Source of the DNA: Candidatus Aminicenantales bacterium
GTDB taxonomy: Bacteria; Acidobacteriota; Aminicenantia; Aminicenantales; UBA4085
Length of the DNA stretch: 26,148 nucleotides
Assembly (NCBI GenBank): GCA_049515535.1
Contig: JBEKTZ010000007.1
Coordinates: 186,001-212,148, forward strand
Direction: 5' to 3'
Position 1 is the first letter of the stretch. Each line of letters starts with the position of its first letter. The notes under the pieces were generated by a model that saw only the letters and a program-made list of their open reading frames with translations, was not told the DNA's origin and did not search any database. Made by a program: the position numbers and the translations under genes. Shown one piece after another: positions 7,616-17,284 of this stretch.

Positions 7616-9907
7616 TCAAGGCCTGATCGACAAGGAAATCTTCAGGACTCCCCGCTCTTCCAGGGGGACGAAGCGGCTTGTCGGATCCCAGCGCCGCTCC
7701 CAGTTTTTGTTGTAGACGAGATAGATCTCGTTGCCGGGAGAGATCTGCCAGCGGAGGCGGGCGCTCCAACCGAGCTGCCGGGAGATGTCGTCGTACTGGA
7801 CGTAGTTCATAAGACCGAGGTCGGGCGAGAGGAAGAAATCGGCCTTGAGTTGGTAGAGGTTTTCGTTGAAATTCCCCTCGGCCAGTCGGCCGCGGATGAT
7901 GTCGGCGTTGAACGACAGGTTGGCCGTGCCATTGAGTTTGACCGCCAGGCCGACCCGCCATTCCCCCAGCCAGCCGGAGTAATACGGGCCGAAGCTGTAG
8001 CTCAGGTTGAAGGCGGCGAGGCGGTGGGTCGCCGTATTGAGCGAAACCTGGAAGTTCGTGTAGTCGTAGCCGCGCGCCGGCAGGACCACGCCCTTGGCGA
8101 TCTCGAAGTCGTAGGGCAGGATGTCGCGGTTGATGGTCGTGTTGAACATGACCATTTCGCCGCTTTCGGTCTTGAACCCGAGCGGCGAGAGGGTGAAGCG
8201 GCTCGTTTCGAGATGCCCCGAGAGGTCCCAGTAGTTGTCGCTGCTGGCCGAGAAATAGAACTGGCGGACGAGCGAATCGAGGAATCCCGAGCGCGGACGC
8301 GGCTGGTAGGCCACGCTCAGGAAGCCCGTCTGGATGGCCGGACGCATCATGTATCCCAGCGCCGGGTCCAGGGCCTCGCCGTAGTAAGCGTAGACTGACT
8401 GAACGTTCCAGAGGTCGTTGGGCAGGTCGCAGCGGAAGCCGAAGCCCTGGTGGCGGCCGTCCTTGCGATCGTTCCAGTCGTAGGCGGCCCAGGCGGCGAG
8501 CATGATGTTTTTATTGCCCAGGAACTTGGAGGACGAGTAGTTGAAGTCGACGCCGGCCAGGCTGTTCTTCGCCCCGGTCGGGCTGCCGTTGGTAAAAATG
8601 AGCCCGATTTTGCTCTGGGCGAAGATGTTTTGGACGATTCGGGCGGCCAGGAGATTCTGGCCGGCCAGGGTGTCGAATTTCCCCGTCTGGACGTCCAGGA
8701 CGGCCAGATTCGTGTCGCCGACCTTGCCGTAAAGCTTGGCACCGAAGTTGACGGGAATCTGGCTGCCGTTGTACAGGCCGATGCGGCGGCTGATGAACGG
8801 GGTGAAGCTCACGCTCGAACTGAAGCTGAAGACTTCGGAGCCCTCCAGGAAGAACATGCGCTTTTCGGGGAAATTGATGGGGAAGCGGGTCAGGTTGATG
8901 CGGCGGTCGTCGACCTCGGTTTCGGCGAAATCCATTTTGTAGCTGGCCGCGCCGACCAGGTTGGGCGTGAAGCTTTTGTAAAGATCGAAGCCGCCGTTGG
9001 TTTTCCAGGTCGTCCCGGCTTCCGACCCGTGGGTGGTGTCGGCGCTGACCAGGCCGTAGGGTTTGAAGGTCAGGCCCAGGCCCTGCTTGACGCCTTCGAT
9101 GCCTTCCAAGCCGGCGGCCTCCATGGGGTTGTTGAAATTGCTGTCTCGGTTCGTTCCGGACAGGCGGATGGTCTCCTGTTTGCGGGCGATGACGCGCTCG
9201 ACGTTGAGGCCCCAGGCGGCCAGGCCCGGCTTGAAGGAGATCGACTTGAACGGGATGCGCATTTCGGCGCTCCAGCCGTCCTTGAGGACGCGGCTCCCGG
9301 CTTCCCAGATCCCGTCCCAGTTGAGGCTGGGGCTTCCGGCGTAGACCAGGCCTTCGCTGCGCGCGCCGAGGGGATTGACGTAGAACACGTAGGCCGTCCG
9401 CTTATCCTGGAAGGGGTCAATCAAGACGCGGATCAGGTCGTCGCTGATGGTCGGTTGGGCGCCGTAGGCGTAGCCCATCATCATTTGCGTGCCGCCGGCG
9501 GCGTCGTGGGCCAGGGTGTTGGCGGCGATCTTGCCCGGCTCGCGGTCGAAGCACATCACGCCGATGTAGAGGTTCGCGTCGTCATAGAGGATCCGCAGCT
9601 CGGTCTTCTCGGTGGGCGCGGCCCCGGCCGTGGGCTCGAACATGCGGAAATCGGTGAACGGGGCGGCCGACATCCAGATGGGATCGGAAAGGCCGCCGTC
9701 GATCTTCGGCCCTTCCTTGACCCGGACGGCTTTTACGGCGGAGGAGGCCCTGGGCTCTGCCTGGGGGTCCACTTCCGCCGTACTCGCCCGTGGATATAAG
9801 CTACGGGCGAGTGGCGAGCCCTTGGCTCGTCCATTGACTCCGGCCGCGAAGACGGAGAGCGAAAGAGCGACCGTAAGTCCCATGGAAAAAAACAAAAATC
9901 GTCTCAT
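7616..9907 (-). CDS. CBM9-like plus DUF5916 domain secreted/outer-membrane protein
   Basis: Signal peptide; GPKIDGGLSDPIW, TELRILYDDANLYIGV, WSAEMRIPFKSI, DFAETEVDDRRINLTRFPINFPEKRMFFLEG, SRRIG. Confidence 0.85.
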   Translation of the reverse strand: MRRFLFFSMGLTVALSLSVFAAGVNGRAKGSPLARSLYPRASTAEVDPQAEPRASSAVKAVRVKEGPKIDGGLSDPIWMSAAPFTDFRMFEPTAGAAPTEKTELRILYDDANLYIGVMCFDREPGKIAANTLAHDAAGGTQMMMGYAYGAQPTISDDLIRVLIDPFQDKRTAYVFYVNPLGARSEGLVYAGSPSLNWDGIWEAGSRVLKDGWSAEMRIPFKSISFKPGLAAWGLNVERVIARKQETIRLSGTNRDSNFNNPMEAAGLEGIEGVKQGLGLTFKPYGLVSADTTHGSEAGTTWKTNGGFDLYKSFTPNLVGAASYKMDFAETEVDDRRINLTRFPINFPEKRMFFLEGSEVFSFSSSVSFTPFISRRIGLYNGSQIPVNFGAKLYGKVGDTNLAVLDVQTGKFDTLAGQNLLAARIVQNIFAQSKIGLIFTNGSPTGAKNSLAGVDFNYSSSKFLGNKNIMLAAWAAYDWNDRKDGRHQGFGFRCDLPNDLWNVQSVYAYYGEALDPALGYMMRPAIQTGFLSVAYQPRPRSGFLDSLVRQFYFSASSDNYWDLSGHLETSRFTLSPLGFKTESGEMVMFNTTINRDILPYDFEIAKGVVLPARGYDYTNFQVSLNTATHRLAAFNLSYSFGPYYSGWLGEWRVGLAVKLNGTANLSFNADIIRGRLAEGNFNENLYQLKADFFLSPDLGLMNYVQYDDISRQLGWSARLRWQISPGNEIYLVYNKNWERRWDPTSRFVPLEERGVLKISLSIRP
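9735..9837 (+). repeat. Intragenic hairpin repeat, long (103 bp) copy C
   Basis: First 46 nt match each of the copies at 18602 and 24523 at 40/46; tail GGCTCGTCCATTGA matches at 13/14; two extra internal hairpins. Confidence 0.85.
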
Positions 9908-10014
9908 CTTCTTCTTTCTTGGTGGCTCCGGGGAAGTCCCGGAAACTCAGAAATGATCGCCTATTCTATTATCTTGAGACCGCTTTTTCAAGGCGACGAT
10001 ATGTCAGCGAAGAA

Positions 10015-10533
10015 TCAAGACATGAGCCGCTTCTCGCCTTCCAGCGTTTTGAGGCGGGAGATCTCCTGCGAAACCTCGATGACGCCGCGGTAACGTCCGC
10101 CGGCGTCATAGACGGGGAAATAGCGGATCAGGATGAACTTGCCGCCGCTCTGAATCCAGAATTCCGCGACGTCCTTCGTCTTGTTCTTGAAGGCGGTGAC
10201 GATGTCGTTGACGACATGGATGCTCTTCGGAGGATGGCAGTTCTGGACGGCGCGGCCGATGATAGCCGGGCTCCGCGGAAACAAACGGTCCTTCGTGTCC
10301 GAATAATAGAGGACCCGATCATTCTCATCGACGAAGGTGATATCCACGGGAAGGGTCTTGAGCAGCAGGTCGATCTGCTCGGGCGAGAGACGGCCTTGGG
10401 ACAGCGGGACGGCGGGGTTGTCCTTGGCCCGGACCGCCGGGGGTTCGGGCGGCTTGCCCGCCTTCGGGTCTTTAATGGCGCTTTTGGGGGCTTTCCGCTC
10501 GTCACGTTTGATATTTTCGCCGAGTTTGCTCAT
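10015..10533 (-). CDS. Stand-alone PAS-domain protein (PAS_10 type, like the C-terminus of DUF438 proteins)
   Basis: SD GGAGG; LLKTLPVDITFVDENDRVLYYS, RSPAIIGRAVQNCHPPKS, AEFWIQ, IRYFPV, YRGVIEVSQEI. Confidence 0.85.
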   Translation of the reverse strand: MSKLGENIKRDERKAPKSAIKDPKAGKPPEPPAVRAKDNPAVPLSQGRLSPEQIDLLLKTLPVDITFVDENDRVLYYSDTKDRLFPRSPAIIGRAVQNCHPPKSIHVVNDIVTAFKNKTKDVAEFWIQSGGKFILIRYFPVYDAGGRYRGVIEVSQEISRLKTLEGEKRLMS

Positions 10534-10730
10534 GGGACCTCCGGTTCATATTTAAAAATTCCACGCTATTATATATAGAAAGGGGATCCCAGCCAAGGGA
10601 AACGGCCGTAATCTAAAAGGTGTTTTTTTTCGAGCCCGGCAATGATAAGATGACGTGGTCCGCCCGCCCGCCCGGAATTGTCTTTCGGGCGAGCGGGGCC
10701 GGGCCATGAACAATCGCGAGGTTTGAGACT

Positions 10731-12467
10731 GTGAGAAACCGAAGCATGTTGGCGGCCTACTTCACCATGGAAGTCGCGATCTACCCGGAATTGAAAACCT
10801 ACTCAGGCGGCCTCGGTGTCCTCGCCGGAGATTACCTGAAATCGGCCGCCGACCTCAGGATCCCGATTTCCGCGATCACTTTGCTCTATAACGTCGGCTA
10901 CTTCGACCAGAAAATCGTCCAGATGAGACAGGTAGAGGAATACAACAGGCTCGACCCGATCGAGTACATGACGGAGCTCCCCTATACTGTAAATGTCGAG
11001 ATCGAGGGACGAGACGTCAAGGTGGGATGTGCGAGGATGTATTACATCGGCAACACCAACTTCGCTCAGCCCCACTACTTCTTGTTCACTAGGGGGAACG
11101 CCGGCCGCCCCTGGGACGACGAGATCACGGACAAGCTTTATAAAAAAGGAGCGAATGACCGGAATTACTGGAGAATCGCCCAAGAGCAAGTCTTGGGCAT
11201 CGGCGGAACGAAAATGCTCCACCTCCTCGCCGAGAACGGCGAAATCGAGCTTCCCGAGAATTATCATTTGAATGAAGGACACGCAGGCTTCGCTCCTCTG
11301 GAGCTCGCCAAAAGGTATGGATTCGAAGGAGCGAAAGCGAAAACGGTCTTCACGACCCATACGCCCGTCGAGGCTGGCCACGACATGTTCGATTATGAAA
11401 AAGTCCACAGCATGCTCGGAAGCGGCCTCGAGGGCGCGAACCTCCGGGACCTGGGCGGGCAAGATTGCCTGAACATGACCCGGCTCTCCCTCAACCTCAG
11501 CCGCTACGCGAACGCCGTGGCGAAGCGGCACGGGATCGTCACCCGCCGGATGTTCCCGGGATACGCCATCGACAGCATCACGAACGGAGTGCATTCCCGG
11601 ACATGGACCAGCAAGGTCTTCAAGAAGCTCTTCGACGAGCACTTCAACGGCTATGACTTTCAGACGAATTGGAGGGCGGACCCATCGCTCCTCGGCACGG
11701 TGGACCGGATCTCCGATGAAGCGATCCTCCAGGCGCACAAAGTCGCCAAAAGAAACCTGCTCGATTTTGTGAAGAAAACCACGGGTGATATCTTGGATGA
11801 GAACAAACTCACCCTGGGTTTTGCCCGAAGATTCGCGACTTATAAGAGAGCCAACTTGATCTTCTCGGATCTGGACAGGCTCGTGGAGGCGAGCGGAAAC
11901 GGGCAGGTCCAGTTCGTCTTCTCGGGAAAAGCGCATCCCAACGACGAACAGGGCAAGGCGGTCATGACCGATGTGTTGAAAAACGCCGAAAAACTCAAAG
12001 ACAGGCTCAGGGTCGTCTTCATCCCGAATTACGAGATGGACAAGGGGCTCCTGCTGACGGCGGGCGTCGATGCCTGGCTCAACTTGCCGCGGCGGCCCTG
12101 GGAAGCGAGCGGCACGAGCGGCATGAAAGCCGCGCATAACGGGGTTCCGAGCTTCTCGACCGTCGACGGTTGGTGGGATGAGGTTCCCAAAGAGGAGAGC
12201 GCAGAACGCCGGGGCGGCTGGTCGATCGGGAGCGAACCGCGGGACGACGAACTGGAGCGTCCCGGCTCCGACCTCGCGGATTTCGAGAGCTTTTGCGACA
12301 GGCTCAAAAATGACGTCCGGAAGGCCTATGCCGACCCGAAAGCCTGGGCTCGGGTCATGAAAGGCGCTATCAAGAACGCAGCTTATTTCAACACCCATAG
12401 AATGGTCAAAGAATACGTCGCCCGCGCCTACGGCTTGAGGCTGGAGGACGCGGTCGTCAAAGAATAG
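10731..12467 (+). CDS. glgP: Alpha-glucan (glycogen/maltodextrin) phosphorylase, GT35, short form
   Basis: AYFTME, YSGGLGVLAGD, HLNEGH, FTTHTPVEAGHD, ITNGVH, FARRFATYKR, GKAHP, PLP site EASGTSGMKAAHNG. Confidence 0.95.
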   Translation: MRNRSMLAAYFTMEVAIYPELKTYSGGLGVLAGDYLKSAADLRIPISAITLLYNVGYFDQKIVQMRQVEEYNRLDPIEYMTELPYTVNVEIEGRDVKVGCARMYYIGNTNFAQPHYFLFTRGNAGRPWDDEITDKLYKKGANDRNYWRIAQEQVLGIGGTKMLHLLAENGEIELPENYHLNEGHAGFAPLELAKRYGFEGAKAKTVFTTHTPVEAGHDMFDYEKVHSMLGSGLEGANLRDLGGQDCLNMTRLSLNLSRYANAVAKRHGIVTRRMFPGYAIDSITNGVHSRTWTSKVFKKLFDEHFNGYDFQTNWRADPSLLGTVDRISDEAILQAHKVAKRNLLDFVKKTTGDILDENKLTLGFARRFATYKRANLIFSDLDRLVEASGNGQVQFVFSGKAHPNDEQGKAVMTDVLKNAEKLKDRLRVVFIPNYEMDKGLLLTAGVDAWLNLPRRPWEASGTSGMKAAHNGVPSFSTVDGWWDEVPKEESAERRGGWSIGSEPRDDELERPGSDLADFESFCDRLKNDVRKAYADPKAWARVMKGAIKNAAYFNTHRMVKEYVARAYGLRLEDAVVKE

Positions 12468-12474
12468 GAATTCG

Positions 12475-15400
12475 ATGGCCCTCTTCGAGTTTCATGTCTC
12501 CCGCCGCGCCCGCGATCTCTATGGCTTCGAGGAGTCCCTTTTTTCCTTTGACGGCCGGGTGATCCTTGCCGATTTCGCCGCGTCGCGGGCGTTCGCCCGG
12601 AAGATCGACGCGAAACGCCGTCCGGAGCAAACGATCCGCGCCGGCCGGCTCAACGCGATGGGGCTGATCGACGAACTGCAGCACGGCGTCGTCGAAGCTT
12701 ATCGGGAGCAGAAGAATCCCCGGGTGATGTCCGAGGCGCTCGAATGGCTTACGGCGCGGATCGGACCCGAGGGCGTGGATGGAACGCTCCTCCGTTTCGT
12801 TGCGGAGTTTCCGCCGGTCGCTGTGTATCAGGATCGACTCACCGCCGCCGAATACCTGAGCGGCGCGACGGACGGCCTGGCCCACCGGGAAATCGCCCTC
12901 GAAGAGATGCTGATGGTGTGGCTGGCAAACCTCAATCCGGCCTTCGGACCTTTTAAGGAGTTGTTCGACGACGAACCGTTGAAAAGCGGAACCGCTTATC
13001 CGCGGATCATGGCGGCCCTGCGCGAGTTTTTTGCCGAACAGCCGTCCTTCGGCCCTGATCATCAGAACTTGATCGACCTCCTGCGAGCCCCGGCTCTCGC
13101 CGCCCCGGGTTCTCTGGCGGCGCAGCTCGATTATATGCGCCAACGCTGGGGATCTCTGCTCGGCCCGCTGCTTCAGCGCCTGTTGCGGAGCCTCGACTTC
13201 ATCCGGGAAGAGGAGAAACCGGGTTTCACCGGCCCGGGCCAGGCCCGGCTTCCGGTCTTCGGCCCGGACGCCCAAGCCGCCTCGCTCGGTTTGTTCGGGC
13301 CCGGGACGGCGGGCCCGCGCGAGCCGGAACCGGAATTCGAACGCTTCAGCCCCGATCGCGATTGGATGCCGAATCTCGTGTTGATGGCGAAGAACACCTA
13401 TGTCTGGCTCGATCAGCTGTCGAAGAGATACGAGCGGCCCATCGCCCGGCTCGATCAGATTCCCGACGAAGAACTGGATGCGCTGCGCCGGTCGGGCATG
13501 ACGGGCCTCTGGTTGATCGGCCTCTGGGAGCGCAGCCGGGCGTCGGAACGCATCAAGCGGATCACGGGCAACCCCGAAGCGGTCGCTTCGGCCTACGCCT
13601 TGTTCGATTACACCATCGCCGAAGATCTGGGCGGGGACGCGGCGCTCCAGGATCTGAAGGCGCGCGCCCTCCACCGCGGCATCCGCCTGGCCAGCGACAT
13701 GGTCCCGAATCACATGGGCATCGACTCGCGCTGGGTGATCGAGCATCCCGATTGGTTCATCGCCCTCGATCAACCGCCGTTTCCGGCCTACGCGTTCAAC
13801 GGCCCCGATCTGTCGTGGGACGCGCGCGTCGGCATCCAGATCGAAGATCGCTACTACGACCGAGCCGACGCCGCCGTGGTCTTCAAGCGCGTCAACAAAT
13901 GGACGGGCGCCGCAACGTACATTTATCACGGCAACGACGGCTCGAGCTTTCCATGGAACGACACCGCCCAGCTCGATTTCCTCAAGGCCGAGGTGCGCGA
14001 GGCGGTCATCCAAACGATCCTGCACGTGGCCCGCAATTTTCCCGTGATCCGCTTTGACGCGGCGATGACCATGGCCAAACGGCATTTTCAAAGGCTGTGG
14101 TTTCCGGAGCCCGGCGCCGGCGGCGCGATTCCGTCCCGCGCCGAGCACGGTTTGACCAAAGAGCGCTTCGATGCGGCCATGCCCTCGGAGTTCTGGCGCG
14201 AAGTCGTCGACCGAGTGGCGGCTGAGGCGCCCGATACCCTTCTGCTGGCCGAAGCCTTTTGGCTGATGGAAGGCTATTTCGTGCGGACGCTGGGGATGCA
14301 TCGCGTCTACAACAGCGCTTTCATGAACATGTTGCGCGACGAGGACAACGCCAAATACCGCGGCGTCATGAAGTCCACTCTGGAGTTCGACCCGGAGGTG
14401 CTGAAGCGCTACGTCAATTTCATGAACAATCCGGACGAGAAGACGGCGATCGAACAGTTCGGTGACGGCGACAAATATTTCGGCGTGTGCACGCTGCTGG
14501 CGACGCTGCCCGGGCTGCCGATGTTCGGCCACGGCCAGGTCGAAGGCCTGGCCGAGAAATACGGCATGGAATACCGCCGCGCGTATTACGATGAACATCC
14601 GAAACCCTGGCTCGTCGAGCGGCACGAGCGCGAAATCTTCCCGCTCCTTCACAAACGCTATCTTTTCGCGGGCGTCGAAAATTTCCTGCTCTACGACATG
14701 TTCCGGACCGACGGCCGCGTCGATGAGAACGTGTTCGCCTTCTCGAACGGCGCCGGCGGCGAGCGCGCTCTCGTCGTCTATCACAACAAGTTCGCGGAAA
14801 CGAGCGGATGGATCCGCAGGTCGGCCGCCTTCGCGGTGAAGACGGGGTCCGCCGACGAAAAAAAACTGGTCCAAAGGGAGCTGCGGGACGGCCTGCTCCT
14901 CCCCGATGACCCGGCGGCGTGGGTGGTGTTCAAAGATCAGATCACCGGGCTCGAATACATTCGCAACGGCCGGGAACTGTGCGAGCGCGGTCTCTATATC
15001 GAGCTCGCCGCGTACAAGCGCCACGTGTTCGCGGACTTCCGCGAAGTGCGCGACGGCAGGGACCGGCGTTTCGCCAGGCTCGCGGAGGAATTGAAAGGCA
15101 GCGGCGTGTGGCGGATCGATGAGGCCGCCCGGGAAGTCGTTTCGCGGCCAGTCCGGAGGCCGTTCAGGGAGTTGGTCAATGCCGGTTTTTTCGATTGGTT
15201 GTTGAGGAACCGGGCCGTCGATCCGGCCGTCGCCTTGAATCCCGCCGTCGGCGACGAGGTCATGCGGAAATCGTCGCACGTCGTGCGGGGAATCCGCTAC
15301 GTGCTCGGCGGCGCGGGCGCCGACGAAACGATGGAGACGGCGATGCGGCGCGATTTCGAGGCGATCCTGCAACTGCCGATCATCGACAGCCGCTTCCCGC

Positions 15401-16071
15401 GGACCCGGTCCCGCGCCTATGCGGCGGCGATTCGTTATTTAAAATCGGGCCTGCAGGCTTCGCGACCGGACGATGCCGCGGCGGCGCCGGCGTCCGGTCC
15501 CGGCTCGGCGTCTCGTCTTGTCGCTCCGCCGATCGACGTGCAATTGGCCTGGATTTTATTGTTCGCCTGGGCCGGCGTCCGGTCGCTGGGCCGGACAACG
15601 GAGGGAGCCGATCCTGCTTCGAAGAGCCGGGATTTTATCGACGAGTGGATGCTGGATGGCGTCATGGCCGATACGCTGCGGGAGATGGGCTTTGACGACA
15701 ACGCCGCGGGTCAAGCGGTGAGCGTGGTCAAAGTGCTGACGGCACATCAGCATTGGTCCAAGGCGGACGGCCCCGTGAAGAAGCGCGCTTTTTGCCTGGT
15801 CGAGGCGCTCTTCGGCGATGCCGACGCCCGGCAAATCTTGAAGGTCAACGCGTATCAAGGCGTCGTCTATTTCAACAAGGAAGCGTTCGAGTCGCTGCTC
15901 TGGCATCTCGCGGCCGTCGCCGCGATCGACGCGACCGCAGATCCGGCCCGGCCGGGAGCGGACGTAACGGGCGCCGTCCGATCCGCTTTCGAGGTCATCC
16001 AGGCCCTGCACAAAGCCGAAGCGCAATCGGGGTATCAGGTGGAAAAACTGAAGACGGCGTTGGAGGCTTAA
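12475..16071 (+). CDS. Large GH13 alpha-amylase-family glycoside hydrolase
   Basis: DMVPNH, WNDTAQL, IRFDAAM (nucleophile), LLAEAFW (acid/base), FMNNPDE, TLPGLPMFGHGQ; long N- and C-terminal extensions; no signal peptide. Confidence 0.9.
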   Translation: MALFEFHVSRRARDLYGFEESLFSFDGRVILADFAASRAFARKIDAKRRPEQTIRAGRLNAMGLIDELQHGVVEAYREQKNPRVMSEALEWLTARIGPEGVDGTLLRFVAEFPPVAVYQDRLTAAEYLSGATDGLAHREIALEEMLMVWLANLNPAFGPFKELFDDEPLKSGTAYPRIMAALREFFAEQPSFGPDHQNLIDLLRAPALAAPGSLAAQLDYMRQRWGSLLGPLLQRLLRSLDFIREEEKPGFTGPGQARLPVFGPDAQAASLGLFGPGTAGPREPEPEFERFSPDRDWMPNLVLMAKNTYVWLDQLSKRYERPIARLDQIPDEELDALRRSGMTGLWLIGLWERSRASERIKRITGNPEAVASAYALFDYTIAEDLGGDAALQDLKARALHRGIRLASDMVPNHMGIDSRWVIEHPDWFIALDQPPFPAYAFNGPDLSWDARVGIQIEDRYYDRADAAVVFKRVNKWTGAATYIYHGNDGSSFPWNDTAQLDFLKAEVREAVIQTILHVARNFPVIRFDAAMTMAKRHFQRLWFPEPGAGGAIPSRAEHGLTKERFDAAMPSEFWREVVDRVAAEAPDTLLLAEAFWLMEGYFVRTLGMHRVYNSAFMNMLRDEDNAKYRGVMKSTLEFDPEVLKRYVNFMNNPDEKTAIEQFGDGDKYFGVCTLLATLPGLPMFGHGQVEGLAEKYGMEYRRAYYDEHPKPWLVERHEREIFPLLHKRYLFAGVENFLLYDMFRTDGRVDENVFAFSNGAGGERALVVYHNKFAETSGWIRRSAAFAVKTGSADEKKLVQRELRDGLLLPDDPAAWVVFKDQITGLEYIRNGRELCERGLYIELAAYKRHVFADFREVRDGRDRRFARLAEELKGSGVWRIDEAAREVVSRPVRRPFRELVNAGFFDWLLRNRAVDPAVALNPAVGDEVMRKSSHVVRGIRYVLGGAGADETMETAMRRDFEAILQLPIIDSRFPRTRSRAYAAAIRYLKSGLQASRPDDAAAAPASGPGSASRLVAPPIDVQLAWILLFAWAGVRSLGRTTEGADPASKSRDFIDEWMLDGVMADTLREMGFDDNAAGQAVSVVKVLTAHQHWSKADGPVKKRAFCLVEALFGDADARQILKVNAYQGVVYFNKEAFESLLWHLAAVAAIDATADPARPGADVTGAVRSAFEVIQALHKAEAQSGYQVEKLKTALEA

Positions 16072-17253
16072 ATGATGATGGCCAATCCTTTCCGCGGCGT
16101 CGTATTCCATTGGCTGGGCGGCTTGGCCTCGGGGTCCTTTTATGTCCCCTATCGCGGCGTCAAAAAATGGGCCTGGGAAGTATACTGGCTCGTCGGAGGA
16201 TGTTTCAGTTGGATCATCGCCCCGTGGATCCTGGCCTTGATCAACACGAAAGATCTCCTGGCGGTCCTGCGCGCGGCGCCTCCCGGATGCCTGGTGAAAA
16301 CCTTTATCTTCGGATTGTTGTGGGGGGTGGGCGGATTGACGTTCGGGCTGACCATGCGCTACCTCGGCATGTCCCTGGGCATGGGCGTGGCGCTCGGATA
16401 TTGCGCGGTGATCGGAACGCTGGTGCCGCCGGTCCTCCATCATGAATTCGCGGCGAAGGTGCTCGGCACGTCGTCGGGATTGGTGATCCTGATCGGCATC
16501 CTCGTCTGCATCCTGGGGATCGCCGTCGCCGGAATGGCGGGGATGTCCAAGGAGCGGGAGATGACGGAGGAGCAGAAAAAGTCCTCCATCAAGGAATTCA
16601 ACTTTTTCAAGGGCATCCTCGTCGCGACGTTCTCCGGAGTTTTCAGCGCCTGCTTCGCCATGGGCCTCGACGCGGGGACGCCCATCGCCGAACTCTCCGC
16701 CCAGCACGGGACGACGATGCTCTGGACGGGATTGCCCAAGCTGTGCGTCGTGCTGCTCGGCGGGTTCGCCTCGAATTTCATCTGGTGCGTCATCCTGAAT
16801 CTCCGGAACCGGACCGGTTATCAGTATTTCAGCGGCCGGCTGCGCCGGGAACCGCCGAAACGCGAGGCGGAAACGATCATCAAAACCGCTTTGGACGCTC
16901 CGGGCGAAGAAGTCGTAGAGAGCCTCGCGAAAGTAAAGCGCAAGGCGGACGGACGCGTGCCGATGGCGAGCAATTATTTCTTCAGCGCCCTGGCCGGCCT
17001 GACCTGGTATATGCAGTTCTTTTTCTACACCATGGGCGAGACGCAGATGGGAAACTACAAATTCTCCAGCTGGACGATCCACATGGCCAGCATCATCATC
17101 TTCAGCTCGTTGTGGGGCATCGCCTTGAAGGAATGGAAGGGGAGCAGCGGTTTCACCAAGACGCTCCTGGCCATGGGCCTGGCGGCGTTGATCTTCTCGA
17201 CCGTCATCGTCGGCTACGGCAATTACCTGGCGACGCTACCCGCGGGACGATAG
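16072..17253 (+). CDS. rhaT: L-rhamnose/H+ symporter family protein
   Basis: GSFYVPYRGVKKWAWE, LWGVGGLTFGLTMRYLGMSLG, WYMQFFFYTMG, SSWTIHMA, LKEWKG; SD GGAGG at 16062. Confidence 0.92.
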   Translation: MMMANPFRGVVFHWLGGLASGSFYVPYRGVKKWAWEVYWLVGGCFSWIIAPWILALINTKDLLAVLRAAPPGCLVKTFIFGLLWGVGGLTFGLTMRYLGMSLGMGVALGYCAVIGTLVPPVLHHEFAAKVLGTSSGLVILIGILVCILGIAVAGMAGMSKEREMTEEQKKSSIKEFNFFKGILVATFSGVFSACFAMGLDAGTPIAELSAQHGTTMLWTGLPKLCVVLLGGFASNFIWCVILNLRNRTGYQYFSGRLRREPPKREAETIIKTALDAPGEEVVESLAKVKRKADGRVPMASNYFFSALAGLTWYMQFFFYTMGETQMGNYKFSSWTIHMASIIIFSSLWGIALKEWKGSSGFTKTLLAMGLAALIFSTVIVGYGNYLATLPAGR

Positions 17254-17284
17254 AACGGAGTCAGGCGCTAAAAAGAGACGTCTA

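Noticed and set aside
10655..10706. GC-rich imperfect hairpin upstream of glgP as a riboswitch or a copy of the coding repeat
   Set aside because: No similarity to the repeat and no recognisable aptamer motif; function cannot be supported from sequence.
12457..15372. 971-aa antisense ORF (also 10803..12398, 8450..9799, 15556..17082, 19133..20065 and similar)
   Set aside because: Shadow ORFs opposite well-supported genes. Strong GC3 codon bias removes stops from the antisense frame, and the translations show no family motifs.
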